A stretch of DNA of 64,000 nucleotides from Candidatus Limnocylindria bacterium. Its GTDB lineage: Bacteria; Chloroflexota; Limnocylindria; P2-11E. Below are positions 36,414 through 46,490 of the stretch, piece by piece; the first letter of the stretch is position 1; each line of letters opens with the position of its first letter. The DNA lies in NCBI GenBank assembly GCA_038207785.1, contig JBBQZK010000002.1:17946-81945 (forward strand). Direction: 5' to 3'. The position numbers and the translations under genes were made by a program. The notes under the pieces were generated by a model. The model saw only the letters and a program-made list of their open reading frames with translations, ran no database searches and was not told the DNA's origin.

Positions 36414-39400
36414 CTAGCCCGCCCGCGCCTTCCCGAGCTGCTTCTGGCGGTACATCGCGCGATCGGCCGCATCGACGAGCGCATCGACGGACGTGCCTTC
36501 CACGAGCGACGGGGCGATGCCCCAGGCGATGGTGGGGACCTGCTGGCCGGAAGGGATCGTCGCGTTCGCGATGTCCTCGGCCAGCCGGCGCATGATCCGG
36601 TCGGCGGCGAAGAGCGGCGCGCCCGGAAAAACGACCCCGAACTCGTCGCCGCCGATGCGGGCTACGACGTCGCCCACTCGGACCCCGGCAGCGAGGAGCT
36701 CGCCGATCCGGATGAGCGCCTGATCTCCGGATGCGTGGCCGAACCGGTCGTTCAGCTGCTTCAGGCCGTTCGCATCGATCATCGCGACGGAGAGCGGCGT
36801 GCCGTCCTCTTCGCTACGGGCCAGGCCTTCGGCCAGCTTGTCGAAGAACACACGCCGGTTGGGAAGGCCCGTGAGCGGATCGGTCGCCGCAGCCGACTTC
36901 GCCGCCTGGTGCAGGCGGGCCACGCGCACGGCGGCGGCCACCTGATGGGACGTCGCGGTGAGCATGGTCTCGTCCTCGATCGAGAACGCCGCGGGCCGGG
37001 TGCTCTCGATCCCGATGATGCCGACGATCTCATCGCCGATGCGCAGGGGCACGATCAAGCTCGACCGGATGTCCGCCGGCCCGACGAACCGCGTGTCTGC
37101 TTGGACGTCGGCCACGTTCTGCAGCCGCCCGTGCTCCATCACCCAGTAGCTGATGCCGGTACCGACCGGCAGGGCCTGCCCGAGGAACTGCGTGGACGGG
37201 CCGAACGCGGCGCGGATCGTGAGCTCCCCGGCGTCGTTCAGCGTCGTCAGGAAGCCGTTCTCGTAGCCCATGGCGTCACAGACGATCCGGAGGAGGCGGC
37301 TGGCCAGCTCGTCGAGATCGAGCACCGCGCTGATCTCGGACGCGAGTCGCTGGAGGATCGCGAGCTGGCGCGCGTGGGCGTGCGAGTGCTCCGCCATGCG
37401 TTCGACGAGCGAGCCCGGACCAGGGATGTCCTCGATGTCTTCGTGCTCGATCGCACCGACCCTGCTCAGATACACGCTGCCCTCGCGACGGTCCCGCTCG
37501 ATGACCCGGATGAATGCGTCGACCACCGCGGGATGGAACTGCGTGCCGCTGCAGCGTCGCAGCTCGGTGACCGCGAAGTCGACGCTCTGCGCGGCCTTGT
37601 ACGCGCGCTTGCTGACAATGACCTCATACGCGTCGGCCGCAGAGACGATGTACGCCGCCAGGGGGACCGCGTCGCCGGCGAGCCCGTCGGGGTAGCCGGT
37701 GCCGTCGAAGCGCTCGTGGTGGGAGCGCACGATCGGCACGAGGTCGGCAAGGGGCTCGACCGCAGCGAGGATGGACGCGCCGAGCGGGGCGTGGGTCTTC
37801 ATGATCACCCACTCCTCGTTCGTGAGGGCCGCGGGCTTGTTGAGGATCGCGTCGGGGATGCCGATCTTCCCGATGTCGTGCAGCAGCGCCGACAATTGCA
37901 CCCGGCGGATCTCGTCGGCGGGCAGCTGCATCTCGACGGCGATGATCCGCGACAGCGCAGCGACCCGGGCCGAGTGGCTGCGCGTATAGGGGTCACGCGC
38001 GTCCACGGCCGCCGCCAGCGCCTTCACCGACGCCATGTACAGCTCGCGCAGCCGGGCGTGATGCTCGGCGTTCTCGAACGACGAGGCGATGATGTTCGCG
38101 AACGACTGCAGGATCGCCACGTCCTCGGTGTCGTACGCCGCGGCCCGGTAGGCCTGGGCCGACACGACCCCCACGATGGTCCCGCGGATCTTCAACGGAA
38201 CGTGGATCGCCGACTCGCTCCGACGGCTCTCGTCGCCGTAGGGCCTCCCCCGGTTCATGATCGCGTCGTCGCGGCTCGTGGCGACGTACGGCTCTCCGCT
38301 CAGCACGACCTGACTGGTGGGACCCGCACCGAGCGGGAGGAAGAACTCGCCTTCGCGGACGAGTCCGCCGTCCACCTCGATCAGGAAGTCGAACAGCCGG
38401 CGCTCGGCGTCGTACCGGGCGACATAGAAGGAGTCGAAGTCGACCAGCGATCGCGCCGATTCGTACGCGAAGCTCGCGATCGCCTGCGGGTCGTGCACGA
38501 GCGCGGTCTTCGATGCGATCTCGTTCAGCGTCGCCAGGCGCTGGATCCGGTGCTCGCGCTCACGCCGCGTGGCGACCGCCCGGAGCGCTGTGCCGGCGAG
38601 CTCCGCGAGGTCGTTCAATCCCTGCCGATCCACGGCGTCGAACCGGCGGTGGGGGTCGGTCGTACCGACCATGAACATCGCCACCACGGCATCGTTCACG
38701 AGGACCGGCACGCCCATGACGGCGTGCACCCCGGCCGCGAGCGCGGCCCGCGCACCCTCGACGCCTGCGAACTCGGCGGTGTAGTCGGGCATGGCGACGG
38801 CAACCCGCTCCTTGACGACCCTCGCGATCAGTGGACCGGGCCGTTCGAAGGACAACCCGTTCAGCTGCGACGCGCCGCCCAGCCCGGCCACGACCCGCGC
38901 GGCGCCGGTAGCGCTGATGTCCACCGCCGCGACGTACTCCGCGTTGAACGCACGGTGGGCCTCGTCCGCGAGCCGCGTCATGACTTCGTCCGTGGTAGAC
39001 GAGGCGAGCTCCCGGGCAAGCTCTTCCCGACGCTTGCCGAGGTCGAGGCGACGCGCGTTCGCGAGCGCGATCGCGGCGTGGGCGGCGAAGCCTTCGAGGC
39101 TGCTCCGCTCGGCGCGGTCGAACGGGCGCACGGTGCAGCGCGCGACGTTCAGCACCGCGGCGATCTCGCCCTGCACGAGGACCGGGACGCCGATCGCGCT
39201 GCGCAGCCCGAGCTCCAACACGGCCTTCGGCGCGTCGGCGAGCGACGCGTAGTCGTCCACGGTCACCGTGGCGCGTCCCCTCACGACGCGTCCGACGATG
39301 CCGGTGGTCGCGGGCGCATGCACCCCGACGACCCGCTCGCCAAGGCCCGCCCCGGCAATGATGAGGAATTCGGTCCCCCGATGGACGTTGAGCGTGGCGT

Positions 39401-40034
39401 GGTCGGCCTGGACGAGCTCGAGGGCATGACGCGGGATCGACGCGAGTACCCGATCCGCATCCGTCTCCGCGCCGATCTCCGTCGCGGCGCGTTCGAGCAG
39501 ATCGGCGCGGCGGAGCGCGCGGGCGGCCCGCTCGGACTCCTCGCGGTAGGCGGTGGCGACGACCCCGATCACGAGCAGGACGAGACCGACCACCACCGTT
39601 TGGCGGAACACCGGCTGGAGCTCCACCGGTGAGCCGGTCGCCGCCAACGCGAGCTGCTGGGCAGCGGTCGCGGCGATGAATCCCGCCATGGTGATGGCGA
39701 TGCCTCGGCGGCCCATGCGGAACTGGACCAGCACCGCCGCGACGAGCACCAGCGCGAACGCGACGCTGCGCGGATCGGGCGCGGTGGCGACCATCCAGAG
39801 CGACGCGGTGACCAGGTCGGTCAGGACCATGCCGATGGGGGCGCTCGTCAGCGTGAACGTCTTTGCGCGTGTCGACTGGGCCGTCCAGCTGTACACGATG
39901 GTGCCGAACAGCACGGCCAGGGCGAGGACGGCGACCGGCACGACGACCACGCTGCCGATCGCGACCCAGATCGTGCCCGCGATCAAGCCGAAGATCCGCC
40001 CGTAGAGGAGGACGTCGCCGGGCACGCGACGCAT
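36414..40034 (-). CDS. membrane sensor c-di-GMP turnover protein: TM domain - GAF x3 - HD-GYP - GAF - GGDEF
   Basis: Start MRRVPGDVLLYG... by arithmetic. About five N-terminal TM helices. HD-GYP (LHDIGKIGIPDAILNKP...HHERFDGTGYP). C-terminal GGDEF (RIGGDEFGVV). Several GAF-like segments in between. Confidence 0.85.
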   Translation of the reverse strand: MRRVPGDVLLYGRIFGLIAGTIWVAIGSVVVVPVAVLALAVLFGTIVYSWTAQSTRAKTFTLTSAPIGMVLTDLVTASLWMVATAPDPRSVAFALVLVAAVLVQFRMGRRGIAITMAGFIAATAAQQLALAATGSPVELQPVFRQTVVVGLVLLVIGVVATAYREESERAARALRRADLLERAATEIGAETDADRVLASIPRHALELVQADHATLNVHRGTEFLIIAGAGLGERVVGVHAPATTGIVGRVVRGRATVTVDDYASLADAPKAVLELGLRSAIGVPVLVQGEIAAVLNVARCTVRPFDRAERSSLEGFAAHAAIALANARRLDLGKRREELARELASSTTDEVMTRLADEAHRAFNAEYVAAVDISATGAARVVAGLGGASQLNGLSFERPGPLIARVVKERVAVAMPDYTAEFAGVEGARAALAAGVHAVMGVPVLVNDAVVAMFMVGTTDPHRRFDAVDRQGLNDLAELAGTALRAVATRREREHRIQRLATLNEIASKTALVHDPQAIASFAYESARSLVDFDSFYVARYDAERRLFDFLIEVDGGLVREGEFFLPLGAGPTSQVVLSGEPYVATSRDDAIMNRGRPYGDESRRSESAIHVPLKIRGTIVGVVSAQAYRAAAYDTEDVAILQSFANIIASSFENAEHHARLRELYMASVKALAAAVDARDPYTRSHSARVAALSRIIAVEMQLPADEIRRVQLSALLHDIGKIGIPDAILNKPAALTNEEWVIMKTHAPLGASILAAVEPLADLVPIVRSHHERFDGTGYPDGLAGDAVPLAAYIVSAADAYEVIVSKRAYKAAQSVDFAVTELRRCSGTQFHPAVVDAFIRVIERDRREGSVYLSRVGAIEHEDIEDIPGPGSLVERMAEHSHAHARQLAILQRLASEISAVLDLDELASRLLRIVCDAMGYENGFLTTLNDAGELTIRAAFGPSTQFLGQALPVGTGISYWVMEHGRLQNVADVQADTRFVGPADIRSSLIVPLRIGDEIVGIIGIESTRPAAFSIEDETMLTATSHQVAAAVRVARLHQAAKSAAATDPLTGLPNRRVFFDKLAEGLARSEEDGTPLSVAMIDANGLKQLNDRFGHASGDQALIRIGELLAAGVRVGDVVARIGGDEFGVVFPGAPLFAADRIMRRLAEDIANATIPSGQQVPTIAWGIAPSLVEGTSVDALVDAADRAMYRQKQLGKARAG

Positions 40035-40146
40035 TGGGTCCTTCACGCCGATCGACCCTACGCACGGCGCGACCGGCCGGGGTGTCAGGTCGCTGGAGGC
40101 TGGGTCCCCGGTCTCCCCCGAACGGGGGAGGACACCCGTTCGGCGG

Positions 40147-40500
40147 CTAGAGGTCGTCCCGGGCGGGCGCCCAGATGTCGATGACCTGGCAGGGATCTTC
40201 GAACACGCGGGCACCGTGCGTCGCGTTCGGCGGGACGCGATAGGTATCGCCGGGCGTCAGGATGCGTTGCTCGCCGGCGATGATCATGACCATGCTCCCT
40301 TTCGTGATCACGCCGGTCTGCTCCATCGGATGCTTGTGCGAATCGACCACGACCTTCGGGGCGAGGTCGGTGATGGCGATCGTGGCCGCCTCCGCCCGGA
40401 TGATGCGTTGGGTCATCCCGGGGATGGGGACCTTGAGGGGCAGGTCGCGCGGCGCGGCGAAGTACAGCTTGGGCACGCTACGCGCTCGAGGCTTCGTCAC
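40147..40500 (-). CDS. cupin-domain protein
   Basis: 117 aa with a cupin-2 pattern ([26 protein letters not shown]...[11 protein letters not shown]). The start may be the internal MTQRII. It overlaps the clpX 3' end by about 20 nt in another frame. Confidence 0.55.
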   Translation of the reverse strand: MTKPRARSVPKLYFAAPRDLPLKVPIPGMTQRIIRAEAATIAITDLAPKVVVDSHKHPMEQTGVITKGSMVMIIAGEQRILTPGDTYRVPPNATHGARVFEDPCQVIDIWAPARDDL

Positions 40501-41752
40501 CCTCGAGAACGAGCTGCTCGTTCTTGCTGAGGAGCAGCGGGTTGGACTTCCCCTCGATCGCCTCAGCGGTCACGACGACCTTGCGGACGTCGGAGCGCGA
40601 CGGGATCTCGTACATGACGTCGAGCAGGACCTCCTCGATGATCGTCCGCAGTCCGCGAGCGCCGGTCTTCCGTTTCGCGGCGCCCACCGCTGCCGCGTGG
40701 AGGCCATCCTCGGTGAACTGCAGCTCGACCTTGTCGATGGACAGGAACTTCTGGTACTGCTTCACGATGGCGTTCTTCGGCTCGGTGAGGATGCGGAGGA
40801 GGTCGGCCTCATCGAGGGCCTGCAGCGGCACGATGACCGGCATGCGGCCGACGAACTCCGGGATGAGGCCGTACTTCAGCAGGTCGTCAGGCATCACCTC
40901 CGACAGCACGGCCGTCGTCTCCTTGGTGTTCTGCGAGAGCGTCGCCCCGAAGCCCATGGTCTTCTTGCCGATGCGGGCCTCCACGATCTTCTCGAGGCCC
41001 TCGAACGCGCCGCCGAGGATGAACAGGATGTTCGTCGTGTCGATCTGGATGAAGTCCTGGTGGGGATGCTTGCGGCCGCCCTGGGGCGGGACGTTGGCGA
41101 CGGTGCCCTCGAGGATCTTGAGAAGCGCCTGTTGCACGCCCTCACCCGACACATCCCTGGTGATCGAGGGGTTGTCGCCCTTGCGGGCGATCTTGTCGAT
41201 CTCGTCGATGTAGATGATCCCGCGCTGCGCGCGGTTCAGGTCGAAGTCGGCGGCCTGGATGAGGCGCAGGAGGATGTTCTCCACGTCCTCGCCGACGTAG
41301 CCGGCCTCCGTGAGGCTTGTCGCGTCGGCGATGGAGAACGGCACATCGAGGATCCGCGCGAGCGTCTGCGCGAGCAGCGTCTTCCCGCAGCCGGTCGGAC
41401 CGATGAGGAGCACGTTCGACTTGCCGAGCTCGACCTCGTCGACGCGATGACCCGCCCCGACGCGCTTGTAGTGGTTGTAGACCGCGACCGACAGCACGCG
41501 CTTGGCCCGGTCCTGCCCGATGACGTACTGGTCGAGGATCTCGTTGATCCGGCGGGGGCTCGGGACCTTCGATCCCGTCGCGCGCGCCTTCGGCGTCTCC
41601 ATGAACTCTTCGTCGACGATCTCGCGGCAGAGGGTGATGCACTCGTCGCAGATGTAGACACCCTGGCCGGCGATGAGCTTGCGGACCTGATCCTGGGATT
41701 TGCCGCAGAAGGAGCAGCGGTAGGGCTTCCCTCCCTTGGCGGCGGTGGTCAC
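40478..41752 (-). CDS. clpX: ATP-dependent Clp protease ATP-binding subunit ClpX
   Basis: Zinc-binding CSFCGK...CDEC N-domain, Walker A GPTGCGKT, Walker [10 protein letters not shown], sensor motifs. 424 aa. Confidence 0.95.
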   Translation of the reverse strand: MTTAAKGGKPYRCSFCGKSQDQVRKLIAGQGVYICDECITLCREIVDEEFMETPKARATGSKVPSPRRINEILDQYVIGQDRAKRVLSVAVYNHYKRVGAGHRVDEVELGKSNVLLIGPTGCGKTLLAQTLARILDVPFSIADATSLTEAGYVGEDVENILLRLIQAADFDLNRAQRGIIYIDEIDKIARKGDNPSITRDVSGEGVQQALLKILEGTVANVPPQGGRKHPHQDFIQIDTTNILFILGGAFEGLEKIVEARIGKKTMGFGATLSQNTKETTAVLSEVMPDDLLKYGLIPEFVGRMPVIVPLQALDEADLLRILTEPKNAIVKQYQKFLSIDKVELQFTEDGLHAAAVGAAKRKTGARGLRTIIEEVLLDVMYEIPSRSDVRKVVVTAEAIEGKSNPLLLSKNEQLVLEGDEASSA

Positions 41753-41755
41753 GTC

Positions 41756-42421
41756 CTAACGGACCCGCACCGTGTCGCCGATCGCTGTTGGTGCGCCGAC
41801 CGGCTCTTCGGCCTTCGGCAGGACGTCGTCGTTCGCCTTGCCGACGTACACGTCGTCGATGAGCCCATAGGTCTTGGCCTCCTCGGCGCTCATGAACCGG
41901 TCACGCTCGGAGTCGCTCTTGACCTTGTCGGCGGGCTGACCGGTGTGGAACGCGATGATCTTCGTCAGCTTGTCGACGAGGGTCTCGAGCTCCTTCACCT
42001 GGATGATCACGTCCGGGGTGTTGCCGCGGAATCCACCGGATCCCTGGTGGATCATGATCCGCGAATTCGGGAGGGCGAACCGCTTCCCCGGCGCGCCCGC
42101 GGCGAGGAGCACGGCGGCCATCGAGGCGGCTTGGCCGATGCATACCGTATTGATCGGGGACCGCAGGTACTGCATGGTGTCGTAGATCGCGAGCCCCGCG
42201 GTGACCACGCCGCCGCCCGAGTTGATGTAGACGTGGATGTCCTTCTCGGGATCCTCGGAGTCGAGGAACAGGAGCTGGGCGATGATCAGGTTCGCCATGT
42301 TGTCTTCGATCATGTCGGTGATGAAGATGATCCGGTCCTTGAGCAGGCGGGAGAAGATGTCGTACGCGCGCTCGCCACGGCCGGACTGCTCGACCACCAT
42401 CGGTACGAGGTTGTTCTGCAA
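41756..42421 (-). CDS. clpP: ATP-dependent Clp protease proteolytic subunit ClpP
   Basis: Catalytic Ser/His/Asp context ([11 protein letters not shown]...IMIHQ...). I propose a TTG start ([12 protein letters not shown]...) 9 nt after AGGAGG. The ATG at 42442 is an alternative. Confidence 0.85.
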   Translation of the reverse strand: MQNNLVPMVVEQSGRGERAYDIFSRLLKDRIIFITDMIEDNMANLIIAQLLFLDSEDPEKDIHVYINSGGGVVTAGLAIYDTMQYLRSPINTVCIGQAASMAAVLLAAGAPGKRFALPNSRIMIHQGSGGFRGNTPDVIIQVKELETLVDKLTKIIAFHTGQPADKVKSDSERDRFMSAEEAKTYGLIDDVYVGKANDDVLPKAEEPVGAPTAIGDTVRVR

Positions 42422-42516
42422 CGCTGTGGCCCTCCTAGACATGGCTGCCTTCCGAGTGTACCAACCGGTATCCGCGGATCGGGGTGGCGGGACGGTAGCC
42501 GTCTAGCATCCTGACG

Positions 42517-44955
42517 ATGAAACGCCGCTCGGTCTACGTTGGCGGAGCGGTCGCCTACGCGGTCGCCGTGTACCTCGCGCTGGCCCTCGGCACCACCACC
42601 GCGGACACGGTCGAGATCCTCATCGTGGTCCTGGCGATGAGCGTGGCCGCAGGGAGCGTTGCCTGGCGGTTCGCGACGCGCCTGGACGCCGCCCGGCTGG
42701 ACGCGGAGCGCGGACGCGAAGAGCTCGCGTTCGTCGGCAAACTGTCGGCGACGCTCTCGGGGCCGCTCACGCCTGCCGAAGTGGCCGCGCAGTTCCTGGC
42801 CGGGATCAAAGGCCTCCTGCCGGAGTCGGTCGCGGCAACGCTCCTCCAGTACGAGGAGACCGCCGAGTCGGTCACGGTCCTCGCGCAGCAGGGCCGAGCG
42901 GGCGCGCTTTCGCCGGGCGCGGTATACCCGGTGGCGGCGTTGCCGCTCGCGCTGCGGACGAGGCTGATCGGCGAGCGCAAGAGCTTCGTCATCGACGACA
43001 CGGCGACGACGGCCGATTGGGAGCACCTCGTGGCGGATCTACCGGGCCTCGCCGACGCCCGCTCGTTCGCCGTGCTGCCGCTCGTGTCCCGATCGCGGCT
43101 CATCGGCGCTCTGGCGCTCACCGATCCGGCACCCAACGCGGTCGCCCGCGACCAGCTGCAGCTCCTCGTGCTGCTGGGCCAATACGTGGCGGGTGCGCTC
43201 CATAACGCGTTGTCGATCGCCGAGGCCGACTCGCGCGCGGACCGCGAGGCGGTCGTGAACCGGATCTCCCAGCGCATCTATTCGAACCTGGATCCGGACG
43301 CGGTCGTCCAGTCGGCGCTCGAGGAGCTCGGTGGCGAGCTCGGTGTGTCACGCGCGATCGTCAGCGGGGCGGTCGGTGCCGAGCTCATCGTCCTGCACGA
43401 GTGGGACGCGCCGGGCGTGGTGGCCGCCGGGGTCGGGACGCGTGGCAGCCTCCCGCTCAGCATGCTGGCCGCGCGCGAGGGTCGGACCATCGCGGTGCGT
43501 GATGCGCGGACCGATCCACGACTGCAGGATCCCGCCCTCGGCAGCCACGCCCTCATCGAGAGCGGCACGCTTGCCGCCGTCGCGACGCCGATCGGACTCG
43601 GCGGTCAGCTGTCTGGCGTCCTGGCTCTCGATCAGGTCGGCGAGCCGCGGGCCTGGACCTCACAGGAGATCCGCCTGCTCGAAGGGGTCGCTCGGGAGCT
43701 GCGCACAGCACTCGAAGCTGCGCAGCTGCTGGTCGCGCGGCAGCGCGAGAACCGGCGCATGCTCGCTCTCCACCGCGCCTCGACGCTGGTCGCCGCGCAG
43801 ACCGATCCGCGGGCCGTATTGCGCCACGTGCTCGAAGCGGCCGGTTCCCTCCTCGGGCGAGGCAGCGCCGCCCTCTACCGGTGGGACGACCACGCGCGGG
43901 TCCTCCGGCTCGCTGAAACGGTCTCTCCCGACCGGTCGACCCCACCGATGCTCCGCCCCGGCGAAGGGGTCGGCGGCCGCGCATTCCTCGACCTGAAGCC
44001 GGTGATCGTGAATGACTACGCGAACTGGCCGGACGCCAGCGCCTCGGCGGTCGCCGCGGGCTTCAAGGCGGTGCTCTCGGTGCCGCTGATCCGGGCCGGC
44101 GAGTGCCTCGGCGTGCTCACCGTACGGTCGAGGTACCCCCTGACCCGCTTCGAGGAGGAGGACGCCCGCCTGTTGAGCCTGTTCGGGGACCAGGCTCTCG
44201 CCGCGCTCACGACGGCGGAGCTCTTGGAGCAGCAGCGACAGGCCGTCGAGCAGCTGGAGCGTCTCAACGCGGCCAAGAGCGACTTCGTGTCGATCGTGAG
44301 CCACGAGTTCCGTACACCCCTCACGGGGATCCAGGGGTTCAGTGAGCTCATCCGCGACGAGGATCTCAGCGCCGCCGAGATGAAGGAGTACGCGGGCGAC
44401 ATCAACAAGGACGCCCAGCGGCTGAACCGGATGATCACCGAGATGCTCGACCTCGACCGCATGGAATCGGGCCGGATGGCCCTCCATCGCGAGCGGGCGG
44501 ACCTCAACGCGATCATCACCGAGACCGTCGACAAGCTCGGTCCCCGTTCGGCGCGCCACGCCATCGAGCTCAAGCTCGATCCCGCCGTACCGCACCTCGA
44601 GCTGGATCGGGACAAGATCGATCAGGTGCTCATCAATCTGCTGAGCAACGCGATGAAGTACTCGCCCGATGGCGGTGTCATCACCGTCACCACACGACTC
44701 GAAGGCGACAATATCCACGTGTTCGTGCGCGATCCGGGACTCGGGATCCCGGCCGATTCACTGGAGAAGGTGTTCGAGCGCTACTCGCGCCTCGAATCCG
44801 GAGCGACGCGCTACATCCAGGGCACCGGGCTCGGACTGCCAATCGCCCGCCAGATCGTCGAGATGCATGGCGGCCGCGCGTGGGTGGAGAGCACGCCGGG
44901 CCAGGGCTCGGTGTTCCAGTTCACGCTGCCGCTGACCGCGGTCGCGAGCGCGTAG
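42517..44955 (+). CDS. multi-GAF sensor histidine kinase
   Basis: 812 aa with N-terminal TM helices, three GAF-like segments, HisKA (SIVSHEFRTPLTGIQG) and HATPase_c (N, G1 and G2 boxes: LSNAMKYS, DPGLGIP, GTGLGL). Confidence 0.85.
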   Translation: MKRRSVYVGGAVAYAVAVYLALALGTTTADTVEILIVVLAMSVAAGSVAWRFATRLDAARLDAERGREELAFVGKLSATLSGPLTPAEVAAQFLAGIKGLLPESVAATLLQYEETAESVTVLAQQGRAGALSPGAVYPVAALPLALRTRLIGERKSFVIDDTATTADWEHLVADLPGLADARSFAVLPLVSRSRLIGALALTDPAPNAVARDQLQLLVLLGQYVAGALHNALSIAEADSRADREAVVNRISQRIYSNLDPDAVVQSALEELGGELGVSRAIVSGAVGAELIVLHEWDAPGVVAAGVGTRGSLPLSMLAAREGRTIAVRDARTDPRLQDPALGSHALIESGTLAAVATPIGLGGQLSGVLALDQVGEPRAWTSQEIRLLEGVARELRTALEAAQLLVARQRENRRMLALHRASTLVAAQTDPRAVLRHVLEAAGSLLGRGSAALYRWDDHARVLRLAETVSPDRSTPPMLRPGEGVGGRAFLDLKPVIVNDYANWPDASASAVAAGFKAVLSVPLIRAGECLGVLTVRSRYPLTRFEEEDARLLSLFGDQALAALTTAELLEQQRQAVEQLERLNAAKSDFVSIVSHEFRTPLTGIQGFSELIRDEDLSAAEMKEYAGDINKDAQRLNRMITEMLDLDRMESGRMALHRERADLNAIITETVDKLGPRSARHAIELKLDPAVPHLELDRDKIDQVLINLLSNAMKYSPDGGVITVTTRLEGDNIHVFVRDPGLGIPADSLEKVFERYSRLESGATRYIQGTGLGLPIARQIVEMHGGRAWVESTPGQGSVFQFTLPLTAVASA

Positions 44956-44964
44956 AGGATCGGG

Positions 44965-45336
44965 ATGGCGAAGATCGTGTTCTGCGAAGATGACCCGACG
45001 ATCCAAAAGCTGGTGCGCGCCGCCCTCCGTGGCAGCGGGCACGAGATCCACATCGCCTCCGACGGCGAGGAAGGGCTGGCACTGGTGCGCTCGCTCCGGC
45101 CTGACCTCGTGTTCAGCGACGTATCCATGCCGAGGCTGGACGGCTACCAGCTCGGCGACGCGCTCAAGGCGTCACCCGAGACCGCGGCCATCCCGCTCGT
45201 CTTCGTGACCGCCTCGGTGCAACGCTCGCAGATCGCCGAGGCCGAGCGGCACGGTGCCGCGGGCGTCCTGCCGAAACCGTTCACGATGGCGGACCTCCGC
45301 GCGCGCGTAGCGGAGCTCCTGAACGTGGAGGGCTGA
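44965..45336 (+). CDS. single-domain response regulator receiver (CheY-like)
   Basis: MAKIVFCEDDPTIQKLV...DLVFSDVSMPRLDG...LVFVTAS...PKPF are the canonical REC residues. Confidence 0.8.
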   Translation: MAKIVFCEDDPTIQKLVRAALRGSGHEIHIASDGEEGLALVRSLRPDLVFSDVSMPRLDGYQLGDALKASPETAAIPLVFVTASVQRSQIAEAERHGAAGVLPKPFTMADLRARVAELLNVEG

Positions 45337-45338
45337 GC

Positions 45339-46490
45339 ATGGCCGGTGAACGCATCCTGTTCGTCGACGACGAGGCCCAGATCCGCAAGCTCGTCCAGAC
45401 GTTCCTGCAGCGACACGGCTATATCGTCACGACCGCGACCGATGGCTACGAAGCGCTGCAGGAGATCCGCACCCAGCGGCCCCACCTGCTGATCACCGAC
45501 GTGAACATGCCGAATCTGGGCGGATTGGAGCTCGTGAAGCGGCTCCGCGCGGAGGCGGCAACGGCGCGGCTGCCGATCATCATGCTGTCCGCGAAGAAGC
45601 AGGCCGCCGACATCCTCGCCGGATACGCCCAAGGCGCCGACGAGTACGTGGCGAAGCCCGTCGAGCTCGCGGTCCTTGCAGCCAAGGTCGAGCTCATCCT
45701 CAAGCGCATGAAGACGCCGGACGAGCCTGGCGCCGCAGCTCGGCCGACACGTGGCCGCGTATGCGTGTTCCTGCATGGAAAGGGCGGCGTCGGCGCGACG
45801 ACGCTCGCCGTCAACGGCGCGGTCGCGCTCGCGAGCGCCATGATCTACCGAGTGACGCTGATGGATCTCTCGCTCGAGTTCCCGAACGCGGCGCTGCTCC
45901 TGGATCTGAAGCCGGAACGGACGCTCGCCGAGCTCTCGGACGTCCGCATCGAGGACATGACCGAGGATCTCTTCGACCTCTTCGTGGCGACGCACTCGAG
46001 CGGCGTGCGTCTCGTGGTCGGCTCCGACCGGCCCGAGCTCGCGGAGCTCGTGACGGTCCCGGCGGTGCATCACGCCCTCGACCGGTTGCGCGCGACCTCC
46101 GACTACGTGCTGGTCGACACCGCGGCGACCTTCACCCAGCGCACGCTCGCGGCGATCGACGCGGCCGACGTCATCTTCGCCGTCACGTCCGCCAACCTCG
46201 CCTCGCTGAAGGCCACGGCCGACGTCCTGTCGGTGCTCGAGAAGCTCGAGGTGCCGAAGGAACGCGTGCTCATCGCGCTGAATCGCATCACCGCCTCGGG
46301 CCTGGAAGCCGATCAGGTCACGCGATTCTTCGGTCGCCGGGCGGATGTGACCGTTCCGTTCACCCGGCCGTTCGACGACGCCGCGGACGCCGGCACGCCC
46401 CTGATCACGAGCTCGCCGCAGAATTCGGGCGCGGTCGTGATGCGCGAGCTGGCTGCCAAGATCAGCATGGCCGCGCCCGTGGAGCGCTGA
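45339..46490 (+). CDS. response-regulator receiver fused to MinD/ParA-type P-loop ATPase (CpaE/TadZ-like architecture)
   Basis: N-terminal REC (ILFVDDEAQIRKL...LLITDVNMPNLGG...IIMLSAK). C-terminal deviant Walker A (GKGGVGATTLAVNGAVALA) with a ParA/MinD-like core. I see no tad/cpa pilus genes in the window. Confidence 0.75.
   Translation: MAGERILFVDDEAQIRKLVQTFLQRHGYIVTTATDGYEALQEIRTQRPHLLITDVNMPNLGGLELVKRLRAEAATARLPIIMLSAKKQAADILAGYAQGADEYVAKPVELAVLAAKVELILKRMKTPDEPGAAARPTRGRVCVFLHGKGGVGATTLAVNGAVALASAMIYRVTLMDLSLEFPNAALLLDLKPERTLAELSDVRIEDMTEDLFDLFVATHSSGVRLVVGSDRPELAELVTVPAVHHALDRLRATSDYVLVDTAATFTQRTLAAIDAADVIFAVTSANLASLKATADVLSVLEKLEVPKERVLIALNRITASGLEADQVTRFFGRRADVTVPFTRPFDDAADAGTPLITSSPQNSGAVVMRELAAKISMAAPVER

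Noticed and set aside
42443-42516. Possible ClgR-type operator upstream of clpP
   Set aside because: I saw only a loose CGC...GGG pattern with no convincing CGC-N5-GCG dyad.
45761-46489. 5' 730 nt of the 681-aa ORF 45761..47806
   Set aside because: It overlaps the well-supported REC-ParA gene in another frame and reads as Arg-rich junk. The real gene starts at the MRIRFWG Met at 46490, which overlaps the upstream stop.
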